A stretch of DNA of 64,000 nt, taken from Marsupella aquatica (lineage: Eukaryota; Plantae; Marchantiophyta). Below the pieces are notes generated by a model, which ran no database searches, was not told the DNA's origin, and saw only the letters and a list, made by a program, of their open reading frames with translations. The DNA lies in assembly GCA_973895155.1 (NCBI GenBank), contig OZ316895.1, forward strand, positions 22,146,558-22,210,557. The letters run 5' to 3'. How positions within the stretch are numbered: the stretch's first letter is position 1; each line of letters starts with the position of its first letter. This document shows, in pieces, positions 26,701 through 39,044 of the stretch. The translations under genes and the position numbers were made by a program.

Positions 26701-27760
26701 TCTGTCGTACGGCGTGGAGTTTGGGCTAATGATTATGTCGTTTTACGTAGCTGAACGTTGTGCCAGAAGTTCTCGTCTTTGTTTCTTAGCGTATGGGCGT
26801 CTCCCACTTGTAGCGGATTCGTCCCTTGTTGCTATTTTGTTGGGATTCCTCGTATCTTTCTGATCTGAGGGATCGGTGGGGTTACTGGCTTCTCTCTTCG
26901 GTTTCATTTGGTTCCCTTCCGACGTATGATTCCGTCGGAGTAGGGAGTCTAGTTGTGGGCCAGGGTTTGATAATCAGATTGTGTCGTACCGGTCGACTAT
27001 TTGTCGGTCCATTGCCTATTAGCTGCGAAGTGTAGCTAGTTGTGCCTCAGATGCGAATCCTGTTTGGACACTACCTAATGATGGCCTGGTTTTTGTTCAC
27101 AGTTAGACATATTGGTCACATTTGAGAGGCCCAACGTGAGCGCTGTGGACGAATTGATTCCCGATAAGTTGGAAGAATTCGACTGCAGTCAAGGAGGGTC
27201 TGCACAAAGAGGCACGTTCGGACCTTTTGGTGTCCTCGTCCTCGCGGATGAGAAACTCATCGAGCACACAGGCATTTTCTTCTTCATCTCTTATGGGAAG
27301 GATGGGGAATGGAGCACTAGGGTGTGCAGCGATCAGAGCAAGTCCTCGCAGGCGAAGGGCCTCGACAAAACCGTCTATGGAAGTTTCTTGACGGTTATGC
27401 CGCAAGAAACTGAGCTCTCTCTGCGCATCCTTGTAAGTGTCCATTTCTGGTGGATTGAAGTTTCTTATCTGAAATTGGCTCTCCAAATATCTATAGTAGA
27501 TACTTCCAGAGAAATTGTAATACTTGTCTGAATCTGTTTTGCCGCGCTGACAGTTCTCTGCCTTATGAATGCAGGTGGATCACTCGATGGTAGAATCATT
27601 TGTGCAAGGAGGTAGATTTGCCATCACAGCACGGGTGTACCCTCAGATCGCCTTGAACAATAATGCGGGCGTGTACCTCTTCAACAACGGCACCACTCCG
27701 GTGAAAGTCAAGCGTGTGGATGTGTACAAGATGGGTGCAGTCAAAATGGCCTCGCTATGA
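23790..27760 (+). CDS. GH32 vacuolar acid invertase-family protein, candidate fructosyltransferase (~657 aa, 6 exons)
   Basis: Exons 23790-24147, 24408-24416 (9-nt micro-exon), 25220-26148, 26288-26449, 27103-27432 and 27575-27760. All introns are GT..AG and the exons total 1974 nt in one frame. Motifs: FHFQP..[68 protein letters not shown], RVYP. An N-terminal PLL, YVALP, basic patch and one hydrophobic helix match the vacuolar type-II anchor layout. Confidence 0.95.
24408..24416 (+). other. 9-nt micro-exon ATCCTTGTG of the GH32 gene (encodes D-P-C, including the catalytic nucleophile Asp)
   Basis: Flanked by ...CCGACAG| and |GTGAGT. Phase-1 junctions join exon 1 (ATG AGT G) and exon 3 (CT CCG TTG). 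Same position as the conserved DPN mini-exon of plant acid invertases. Confidence 0.9.
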
Positions 27761-30149
27761 GCGATATCTTGCGAGTCGGAATCTTATCCGTTCGGAGTTT
27801 TCAATCACAAGCAGATCGAGTATCTCAGGAGAGTCTTCGAATTGGCTTTCGCAATGAGTGTATCTGTGTGAAGCTCGTCTTATTCACCAGTCGACGAACT
27901 GGTGACAGGAAGATGCGAGAGAGGAAGATGAAAGTTCAGCCCAGGGCTGAGGATGTTCCACAGACGGAAATTGGAAGCTTGTGTATAAATTGTAGTCTTG
28001 GTTCTAAGTGCATGAGCCTGGATTATTAGGCTGAAGCACCTATGACGATTTGGACTTGAAATTTGGCGCAAAATGCCTGTCAAGGAAAATTGTCAAAAGC
28101 TCAACATAGTTGAGATTGCTGTCTACGTAGTGGCCCTGCCGTAGCGATTTATGCTTACGGCTGACTGGCGGCTCTGCTAGCAGCGGACTGAAAAACCTCA
28201 CGTTTATGTACTCTAGTCGAGTCACAGACAGACGAAAACGATTGGTGTTGTTCGTCTACTTCTAATCGCCCTTGCTGGAGTGCAATTGCAACTTGTAGTT
28301 GCTGGTTAGTATCATAGTGACAGACAGGATCTTGCCAGCGAAGCGTTACATCTTTTTGTAGCTGACCCGCCAAGCTTCACGTAATATCTTCTCGTGGCCT
28401 GACCTTTCAAGGAGGTTTTTAGCTGGTGGAGTTCAGCCGATACTTGTTGGTGATTTTTGAAGTATAAATTATGTTCTGGATTCTCTTTTCGAGCAGGGCC
28501 GGCAAGCACAGAAACGAAGTGTACTGCTGGTGCAGCCTGTATGGTCTAATAGGAAAAACTGAAATGTGTAGTTGCTGGTCCAGCTTCACTGTTCGAGCAA
28601 CATAGCAGCTCAGCTTGATGATCACTGCGATCGTCACTCCCACCATGTACTATTTCGAGAGAATAATAGAGCAAGGACTTGTCACTTAATCAAGCACTGT
28701 GTTTCCAGTACTGGGCTTGCCATCTGTGTCGTCTCCTTGCAAATATTTTCGCACTTTTTCTCCATACCTCTTCATTTTGCTGTGTCTCCATATCGAGTGG
28801 ATCAATTAGCAAATCTGTGAGCACCCAGTTACTGGCACTCTTTGTCCAAATGAATATGGCTTCATTTTCCTTCCACTAAAAATGTAGGGGATTATCACAT
28901 ATTTGAGCACTCAGTTACAAATACGCTTTCGTACAGTTTTTGTCGAAAGGTTTGTTAATAGCATGTGAATCGCTGCCTGATCTTTTTTCGGTTTGCAGCT
29001 TTGTCCTTTGTTACGTACCAGCTGTGTGCCCGCCTGGGCGCTTCATTGGTAATGATGATAATTTTATTTCGTCCAAGCATCTCCGAGGAATGCAAGTGGG
29101 ATAGAAAGCCCAACTTAAGAAAGTGTTGTTCAAAGCCAATTTAAAGTCTGAACATATGATTAACCTTTGGATGACAACCATGACCTCTCCCTGGTATGGC
29201 TTGCAACAGAAACCCACATTCAAGTCCTGAACAAATGACATATCTTGGGTGACAACCATGGCTTCATCAACCACAACGGATGCGAACAAGCTGACAAGGC
29301 ACAAATAATCATCCAAGTTGCTGACAAGGCACACAGAAACTGTTGCATAATATAGTGTCAACCAGCATCCAAGTAAAGGCACAAATAAACATCCCAGTTT
29401 GCTGACAAGGCACAATAAAACTGTTGCAGAATATATACAATGCCAGATTTGCGCACATCCTAATTCTTGGTCTCAACGCAAACCCAATGCAACAGGGAAC
29501 TTCCAGATTTGTCATCAGAGGTTCTGTGATAAGCAAACCACTCAATTGCTGTTATCTTGCATATATGACCCCATGAGCAATGATTGTAATGTCCTTCTTG
29601 AGACCATCTCTAGTAAAATAAGGGGTGTTGTATGATGTGAAACCTATGTGCAATGATTGTAAGAGTCCTTCTTGACTTCTTCTTAAGTCCATCACAAGAA
29701 ACATAAGAGTATTTTATGATGTGAGGAGACCATTTTTGATAGTTAGAGTTTAATTTTTGATTACAAAACAAGAGTGTTAGCGAGTCACTAGTGGTTCTCA
29801 AGATTTTTGTTGAGAACAACTAGGCTTTTCATTTTTGCCACCTTTTGTATTTCAAGGGCATTTCTAAGAATTCATATGGCTAGCAAGTTAGCTTGCCAAA
29901 AGAGGAGTCCTAATATATGGTTTCTTAACTAGGTTGTGGCTATCTAAGGGCTCAGGTTGCTAGCAAGTGGGATTTTCTCCTCCTAACACACCTGGAAAAT
30001 AAAGGCATTATTCCTTATCAATACTTAGAGTTCCCTGGTAAGAAGGATTCATACTTGCAGAAACCCATAACCAATGACTGTAAGAGTTCTTCTTGAGACC
30101 AGCACTTGGAACACATCGGTGGTGTTCCTTACCAAAAATAGAGCACCAT

Positions 30150-30372
30150 GGTAAGACTTCTTTCCCCAACTGAAGTCCCCTATTATCACTTCAGTTGGGG
30201 AAAGAATAGTCTTACCGTACTGAAGTCCACATACGAAGTCCCCTTCCATTCAAAGTTCTGCATACAAATACTTTGGGAAGACAATTTTTATGCAATAAGA
30301 GAAATTGTGTCTGGTCCGACTAGTCTAAACTTTCACAGCCAACGCATCATTAAATAGACTAGTTGGACCAGA
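30150..30372. repeat. Two adjacent stem-loops
   Basis: 30150-30176 pairs with 30188-30216 (27 bp, 2-nt bulge). 30310-30327 pairs with 30355-30372 (18 bp, one G-U). Confidence 0.7.
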
Positions 30373-31018
30373 TGCGAGCAAGATCTGGGTGAAGTACAAT
30401 ACTTCTTGGGTGAAGTTGGCTCTGTCTAAACGCAGACTCCGTATGCAAAAACTGGGTAAGCACAGGGGATGCTCTTCTTGTATTTTATTTTACTCAGAGT
30501 AAGCACTTTTGTGCATCTTTGGTAAGCGTACACAAGCTTGGAATAATTTTGCTAAACAACTTTATAAGTGATAACCCTTTATAAGTGTCATTATGCACTC
30601 ATTGAAAAATGCACAACCCCATAAAATTGCAATTACTGATGAATATATGCATGCCCGTTCTTAGTACTAGACTTTAAAATGCACTTGGTGAGTTTGAGAA
30701 CAGAATTTAGGGCAGGGATACAAGGTATGAGACAGCTCACTGACAGAGGAGCCCATTAAACATTTACGAGAGGGATGTAAATAACTTATTGATAAGTGCA
30801 CTTTTGGGGTGTGCACTTATCCAGGAATGCAACACCTGGTTTAGTGCACACTGGATCTGTCTTCCCAAGAGTGTGAGTTTAGAGACAGTTAACTATACTT
30901 CCTAGTGCCCTGAAGTACACTGGTCACCGCTATTAATGTTATGTAAGGATTAGTGTTTTGTAGCACTATTTTTTGTTGCCTTGAATCCAAATCTAACAAA
31001 TGGGTCTCTGCAGCAACT

Positions 31019-31362
31019 TGTTGAGCATAGACGACATTCGTAACGGCAAGCCCATGAACCATCCAACGCACAATAGTCGACACAGAGAGATACGTGGTTC
31101 ACCTCCATATGAGGCTACGTCCACGGGAACACACAAGAGCTTTACTGCACTCTAGGCCGACCGGCCATACCAAACATCCACAGCACAAGCTCTCCCTATC
31201 TCTCAACTAGCTCCGTAACAATGAGCCTAAGTTCCACCAGGGTCTGGCATCAGCCCTGGCTATATGCACACCAGCACTACCACTAACATTAGCTAAGTCC
31301 TAACCCAAGTTAGACTAACTGTGGTTAGCTCATGAGTCACAAGACTAGAGCAATATCTAACA
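31019..31362 (-). repeat. 3' LTR of the copia element (344 bp)
   Basis: TGTTGAGC...TCTAACA. Direct repeat of 37603-37950 with ~11 substitutions and one 4-bp indel by manual alignment. Confidence 0.95.
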
Positions 31363-31569
31363 AAATCCCATTTGACGCTTGTCTTGGGGACTGGACTAAA
31401 TGCTACCATATGGAATCCTCAACGGGAAGTTCTAGACAATCACCAAACCAGGTCTCCCCCTAAAAACCACAAGGGTTAACTAAGGGTTAACTAGAACTAA
31501 GCCGTAGCCAAATAGGAATGAGTAATTCATATACAAATAGTCACACATTGCTAAATAACTCTACTTGCA

Positions 31570-34500
31570 CTACAACTGCAAAACCTGCAAAATAGCACGG
31601 TGTCTTGAGAAACTCTCCAAAGGAATCACTTTGGTAAATGCATCAGTGGGATTGAGCTTTCCATCAATCTTGACTAGCTCAAAATTTTTATCAGACACTG
31701 CTTGCCTGATAAAATGGTACCTGATATCAATGTGCTTCACCCTGCTATCCATCACCTGGTTAGCAGCCAAGTGAAGAGCACTCTGACTATCACAGTTTAG
31801 AGTCATTTTGCCATGCTCTAAACCCATCTTCGCGATCAACTTATCCAACCAAATTGCTTCCTTTGCTGCTTCTATTGCTGCAACATACTCTGCTTCTGTA
31901 GTAGACTGAGATATACACTTCTGCAAGGTAGATTTCCAACTGATACATCCTCCTCCAAGAGTGTATACAAACCCAGTTGTAGACCTCCTTGTGTCCAAAC
32001 AGCCTCCATAGTCAGAATCTACATAGCCAACTAACTTTTTATCTGATCTGTTATCAAATAGTAATCCATAGTTCTGTGTTCCCTTCACATACCTAAAAAT
32101 CTATTTCACAGCTTCCCAGTTTACCTTCCTTGGATTTGACATGAATCTGCTGACCTTGCCCATCGCTAGGGCCAAGTCAGGCCTAGTACAAGTCATCAAA
32201 TACATCAGACTGCCTACTGCCTTCTCATAAGGAATCTTAGCCATCATACCTTTCTCCACAGCATCCGTAGGAGAGAAAGCCGATGATAACTTGAAATGTG
32301 AAGCTAAAGGAATATTCACTGGCTTACAGTTTTCCATGTTGAATCGTGCAAGTACTTTCCTCGCATACTGGCCTTGACTCAAGCACAACTGTCCAGTCTC
32401 AGAGTTCCTAAAAATCTCCATCCCTAAGATCCTCTTGGCCTTACTAAGATCCTTCATCCTGAATTCAACACTCAATTTCGCCTTGAGACTGTCAACCTCA
32501 GATTGATCTTTAGCCACAATTAGCATGTCATCCACATAGATCACCAAAATGATGAAACCAAATACATCATTCTTGACTGATTTCGTATACACACAAGGAT
32601 CATACACCATCCTTGTATAACCTTGAACAAGCATGAAATCATCAAACCGCTTGTTCCATTGTCTGGGAGACTGCTTCAATCCATACAAGGACTTGAGCAA
32701 TTTGCAAACTAAGTTCTCTTGGCCTTTCTTCATAAGGCCTAGTGGCTGTCTCATGAAGATCAACTCTTCCAAGTTGCCATAGAGAAAGGCAGTAACAACA
32801 TCCATCTGATCCATCACCAGACCAAAAAACACAACAAGCTGACACAAGATCTGAATTTGGGAATACTTAGCCACCGGTGAAAAGACCTCATTGTAGTCGG
32901 ACACTCCTTTCTCTTCAGTGAACCCCTTGGCAACAAGCCTTGCCTTGTAGATCTTATCTCCACCCTCTGAAGGATTGTCCTTCAACTTGTAAATTCACTT
33001 GCTGTCCACCACTTGGTGACCTCTTGGAAGCTCCACCAGCTCCCATGTCTTGTTGTCACTCAAAGATTGCAACTCCCTCTGCATTGCTGCATTCCACTCA
33101 TGCTTTTGCTCTGAAGCACAAGCCTCACTGTACGAAGAAGGCTCTCCTTCTTCCAAGATCAAAGCCATGTCATCATCATCAGGTGCAATATCAATATCAT
33201 CTAGCTTAGATGAGTCTGCCCATTGACCATACCTGGTAGGAGCTCTAGTAGAACAACTGGTAGTTCTTCTAGTAGATGACTCAGGCTGATCTGCTGCTGC
33301 TGGTTGAATTTGAGGTACCCCAGCAACAATCTGCTTCTCCTGTTCCATCGCAGGAACCAGCTCCAAGCCCGAAGCTTCTCCATCTCTCCTGTCATGAACA
33401 ACATCATGACTAATCTCCCCCTCAACTCGGTCCGGGATGGGAGATTTCCCCTTGTCAGTATGGGAGTCTTGAGAACTCTCCCCCTCCTTTGATGATCTGG
33501 ATTCATTAAAGGACACATCTCTACTAACAATTAGCTTACAGGTTACTGGATCCCATAACCTATAACCCTTCACACCTTTCTGATAGCCAAGAAAAATGCA
33601 CTTTTTCGACTTGGAGTCCAGCTTGGATCGAAGCTGGGATGGTGTAAGCACATAAGCATCACATCCAAATATTTTCAAATGTCAAAAATCTGCTGGACGC
33701 CCGTACCTCATTTCAAATGGCGTCTTGAATCCAATAGAACTGGATGGAGAAACATTTACCAAATAAGCTGCAGTGTTGATAGCTTCAGCCCAAAACTCAT
33801 GTGGTAAGCATGATTGACTCAACATACTCCTCGAGCGATCCAATAGTGTTCGGTTGAGTCTCTCAGAAACACCATTTTGCTGAGGAGTATAACTTGTTGT
33901 GAGATGGCGGGTAATCGCCTGCTCCTTACAATACGTTCCAAATTCCCCAGAACTGTATTCATCGTCGTTATCCGATCCAAGATATCTCACCTTATTACCA
34001 GTCTGATTCTCAACTTGGGTTTTCCGCTCCTTAAAAGTGGCAAATACATCAGACTTACTATGTAGAAAGTATATCCACACATACCTTGAGTAATCATCTA
34101 TGAACGTGACATAGTATAACCGTCCAGAATGTGAGGGAGTAGGGGTTGGACCCCACACATCACTATGTACATACTCAAGTACCTCCTTGCTGGTGTGAGC
34201 TCCAACTCCAAAGGGTTTCCTATGCTGCTTCCCAAGCACACAGTGCTCACAAAATTCCAACTTACAACTGAGACTGCAAATTAGAAAGTAATCCTTTCTT
34301 CTGAAGAATAACCAAACCTTTTTCACTCATGTGGCCCAAACGGAAGTGCCATAGCCGGGCCGTCTCCTCATGAGATAAAGTTACATCGGCTTCATCACAA
34401 ACTACACTGCCCTCCAAAACGTATAGATTGCTATGTCTCTTTCCCTTCAATACAACTTTAGTACCAGTTGAAACCTGAAGGAACCATTAGCAAAACTCCA

Positions 34501-35846
34501 CTGATGGCCATTTGCTTCTAAAACTCCAAGTGAAATGAGATTTTTCATCATGCTGGGAATATATCTCACATTTCTGAACGTTCTTACAGCACCATCAAAC
34601 ATCTGAAATCTAACAGATCCAAGTCCAACCGCTTGGCATGGGATTCCATTTCCCATCAACACTGAACCGTTGGAATCCATGTAAGAACTGAAAAATCTCT
34701 CCTAGAGCAAATGTGAAAAGTACATGCGCTATCTAGAATCCAGTCATCACTACCTGGATTTGACACGATGTTGAGAGCATAACCTTGGCATCACAATATG
34801 TCATCATCATCGAGTAAATCTACCTCATACAAGCTCAATGCCAAGTTAGCAGATGCAGTAGGGATCTTTACTCAACAATCCCTTTTCATGTGGCCTGGCT
34901 TGCCACAATTCCAACATGCAAGAGGCTTCCTCTCTTACAATTTCCCTCTGGATTTAGATCTCCCCCGTGATGTAGATCTAAACCTGTTCTGCCCATTTGA
35001 GCGTTGCGTTGCTCTCCCACGGTTCACGTTCAGCGTAGTGCCAGAAGAAGATGCTGTCTGTGATTGACCCAGCTTCTTCTGAGCATCATCAGACAGTAAA
35101 GAGCTCACCACCTCATTATATAAAATGGACTTCAGATCTCTATACAAGAGCACCTGTTTCAAGCCCTGATATGACGATGGCAAGGAGCTTAGTAGAAGCA
35201 AGGCCTTATCCTCATCTTCAACTCCTTTTCCCAGGTTTGACAGATCCACCACTAGACTGTCAAACTCATCCAGGTGATCCTGCATCTTGCTCCCTTCCTT
35301 GAGCCTGAGGCTCATCAAGAGAGACTTCTTGTACAGCCGGTCTGACGCATCTTCCCGGTAGTACTTCTCTCTTAGAGCCTTGAATAGTGACGCACAATCC
35401 GCATAATCATCCAACTGCTTGATGATGTGCGGCTTCAGATAAAGCATCACTGCATTAACAGCAATCACCTGCTCTTGTCTCCACTATCTCACATAAATCT
35501 CCTCCTCTCCATCATACTGCTCTCGCGATGAAAGCAGATGAGCTAAGCGCATGGCCCGAAGAACACCCTTCACTTGTTTCTCCCATAGCAAGTAATCAGT
35601 ACGACCATGGTACTTCTCCATCTCAAACTTCACTCCTCCAAATCTAGCCATCTCCCTCTTCTTCCCCACTACCGACAGCTCTGGTAGTAGTACAGCTTCC
35701 TCCACTGCACGTCGCACTGGTGATCGTACCGGTGTCACTAGTTCCTCCTCAAACAGTAGCAGCTCCTCCTCAGACTCTCCGTCTGACCGTCGCGATCCTG
35801 AAGCTTCACCGATGCCAATTCTTCCAGTATCCTCCGAGTCACTCAT
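31570..35846 (-). pseudogene. copia gag-pol polyprotein broken by stops and frameshifts
   Basis: gag VKFEMEKYHG..YLLW; zinc knuckle CWNCGKPGHMKRDC followed by TGA; protease WILDSACTFH; GAG-pre-integrase LWHFRLGH; integrase VHSDVWGP/FIDDYSR/PQQNGVSERLNR; RT YKARLVAKGF/YVDDMLI; RNase H YVDSDYGG/STTEAEY/CDSQSA. These are spread over several short ORFs. Confidence 0.93.
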
Positions 35847-37588
35847 ATGAAACAATCACAAAAAAACGTCTTTCTTTGAAACTTCTCATAAAACTCAAAA
35901 CTCAACACCGCCGTGTAGCTCACGAAGCTAGGAGTCCAATACTGAAAGCCAAAATCAAAATTCGACTGAAAAGTTATTCAATTTTGATCGGGGTGGGTAA
36001 AACCTTGGGAAACTCCCCCGTTTTGACCACCTCGGAGAATAACCAAAATACCCAGTACAACCCGTCGTCGGAATCACAATGTGATCAGTGCTCCGTGTTG
36101 CTAACTCCAGTGGCAACGTCCTCACCGAAAAAGAACCAAAAAAGTCACCGTTTGGTGGACGGAATCTTTGTCGGACGGCCGGAAAACAGCTCTCTATTTT
36201 TGGGAATATTCCCGCATAGTACAGCAGGTCTCACAGGGGGCCGTTCCCCCTGTCGGAGTGGTTAAAATGGAGGGTGACCGGTCCCGGGACAGCCAACAGC
36301 ATCAAACCGGCGAAAAAACAAAAAATGGGCCCTTAAAAGGGTGTTAAGCCCTATATACCCTAAAATACAGGTATAAAAAAAGGTGCATACGCCTATACGC
36401 GAGGCGGGCCAGGGGGTGTACAGGGCGTCGAGGCAGGGGCAGGGAGTAAAAAACAGCTATAAGAAATGCCCTAAAAGGGGTGCAAAGCCCTTTTCGACCC
36501 AAAAATACCAAGTATTATGGCCGGGGTACGAAGGGCGTATGGCAGGGCGCATACCTGGGCGGCTGTGTATGCAGCCGCGTACGCTATGTGCCGGGCCGGG
36601 GAGGGAAAGGAACGGCCGAGGGCGCGGGGGGGAGAGAAGGGCAACCGGCGGCAGCTGCCGGCCGGCTCTAGGTGTTAAAGGGGGCCGGGGTTAAACGGGG
36701 CCTTAAGGGGGGGGGGGGGGCGAGGCGCGTACTCACGCGAATAGCGCCGGCCGGCGCTGCATGAGACGCCGTAAAAAATGGGGTGCGGGGGGGGGGGGGC
36801 GTACGACGGGTACACCGCGGGGGTATACGGGGGTAGCACCTTGTGTGTGTGTGTACACACACAAGAAAGTGCCCTAAACCCCCCAATAAAGCAAAAAACT
36901 TCCCCGGGAAAGAGTGAATGATTTACTCACCTAAATGCCGCCGTTTCTAATGAGTAAACAAATCGCCGTCGACAGGAAATGTTGCCAAATTGCACGAGCA
37001 CAGTCTGCAGCTCCAGCAGAGTAAACAATTTCCACCGCGGTCTTCACTCCGTGTCAAGTGCCAATCCTAGACTCAAAACGACCGCCTCATCGCGATCAAA
37101 CCGTTGAGCCGTAACACTTCACGTTCCTTCCACCGAGTCAGACGTCACGAAGAGAAACCCGGTTCAGATGTGAACAAGCTCCATAGCTTGTGAAAAAACC
37201 TGAACGCCTCCTTCACTCGTCATGACACACTCGGTAACAACTCGGCAGCAACCTAGCTACCAAAACGACCAGCTCGCTTCAACCTTCAACTTGAGCTATA
37301 ATGTGCGATTCCTTCTGCACCGCACAGCTCACACCGTTGAAAAATGCGAACTCTGGTCTCTCCCCCGAAAACCCGTCAAACACGAATAAAGCCTGAACGA
37401 CGCAAGCTTTGATTCCTCCGCACCACGGATACCGATCAGCGAGTTCTAACCACCATTACAAAGCCCTCTCACTAACCTATCCACACAGCCACACACATTC
37501 AAGTTTCATGCGACAAACTCCGAATGTCCCATCGACAATGAACGCTGAAAAAACCTATCACGAAAAAACCTCGTCACCTCCCAGGTAT

Positions 37589-37600
37589 GCTCTGATACCA
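37589..37600 (-). other. Primer-binding site (tRNA-iMet)
   Basis: Minus strand reads TGGTATCAGAGC, 2 nt inside the 5' LTR. Confidence 0.92.
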
Positions 37601-37602
37601 CT

Positions 37603-37950
37603 TTTTGAGCATAGACGACATTCGTAACGGCAAGCCCATGAACCATCCAACGCACAATAGTCGACACAGAGAGATACGTGGTTCACCTCCACATGAGGCT
37701 ACGTCCACGGGAACACACAAGAGCTTTACTGCACTCTAGGCCGACCGGCCATACCAAGCATCCAGAGCACAAGTTAGCTCTCCCTATCTCTCAACTAGTT
37801 CCGTAACAATGAGCCTAAGTTCCACTAGGGTCTGGCATCAACCCTGGCTATATGCACACCAGCACTACCGCTAACATTAGCTAAGTCCTAACCTGAGTTA
37901 GACTAACTGTGGTTAGTTCATGAGTCACAAGACTAGAGCAATATCTAACA
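37603..37950 (-). repeat. 5' LTR of the copia element (348 bp)
   Basis: Copy of 31019-31362. The inner terminal TG is mutated to TT (37603-37604). Followed by TSD CAACT. Confidence 0.95.
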
Positions 37951-38216
37951 CAACTACCCAACAGTTAAGTACCTTATTGACATCAAGAACTTAATTAAAA
38001 TTTCAGGAGCTAGACTGAGCAGCAAACCTTCAAGTAAAGCGAGCAGCAGCACGAGCAAACTGGGCCAGTTCACAAGGGAGAACATCTACTTTGAGTAGAA
38101 CCAGCAGCTGCAATGACCACAAAGCATAAATTGTAGCAGCTTTGATCTCAAAACTTGTGGCAAAACTGAACACAACAGTGACGAACTTGAGTAGAAACTT
38201 TTGGGTAGCAGCTCTT

Positions 38217-39044
38217 GAAAAAAAAGACTTGATGGGGCCCCTCCTGGGAAAGAAACCCCTCACGAGGCCCCAACTTTGAAAAAGAACTTCCTGGGGCCCC
38301 CTTTTCCCTGTCCCACTTACTCATCACGGGTGGTCATTGTATTTCCCAACTCCATCTAACATGGTACACTGAGCCAGATGCCCAGTCAACCAGACACTAA
38401 TGTACTGCTCAAAATCAACTAATAAGCAAGGACTCCAAGTGCCATTTCCCACCTTTCCGTAAGCAATCAAAGCACAACAAATGGTTTGTGGACGGTGGCA
38501 GAGTGGTGGGGAGCCCCCAAATGGCAACCTGACTATTGCAGAGCACAGGCCCAAGTGTGCAAACAAATGCCCTAATGAGAGTGGAATAAAAATGCCGCAA
38601 TTCCAGTGTAGTTGTAACTGGCAACTGCAGCAAAGGTATGCCATCGCTGGCGACTGTAAGGGAGCTAAGTACATTGAGCTCTACTGCGCCCTCCATTTTA
38701 TTGTAAGCGGCACTCTATTGCCCACCTTCCCTGTCAGGGCAGAAGGTTTGCTCTGTTCTCCCCAAGGAATATGACTAAACTTTAGCTTGTTTGTGTTGAT
38801 TCTCACTTGAATAAAAAGGGAAACACAAATGGAGCTCAAGAGTACTAGCCTTGTAGAGTATTGTGTAGTAGTGCTTCAGGAGGTTGACTGGAGAATATGT
38901 ACGTGACAATAAGGTGTACCATGTTGGATGGTCACCCGTGATGAGAAAGGGTAACAGGGAAATAGGGGCCCCACGAAGTATTTTTTCAAAGTTAGGGCCT
39001 CATGGGGTGTTTCTTTCCCTGGAGGGGCCCATCAAGTTTTTTTC
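38217..39044. repeat. Old inverted repeat (~120-bp arms, ~590-bp spacer); foldback/MITE-like remnant
   Basis: 38217-38337 (AAAAAGACTTGATGGGGCCCCTCC...CTCATCACGGGTG) is a diverged reverse complement of 38928-39044. Confidence 0.7.

Larger units (their letters stand above)
31019..37950 (-). mobile_element. Full-length Ty1/copia LTR retrotransposon (Tnt1/Tork-like), disabled
   Basis: Two LTRs (31019-31362 and 37603-37950) that are ~97% identical, 5-bp TSD CAACT (31014-31018, 37951-37955), and a tRNA-iMet PBS. Domain order on the minus strand is gag-PR-IN-RT-RH. Confidence 0.96.
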
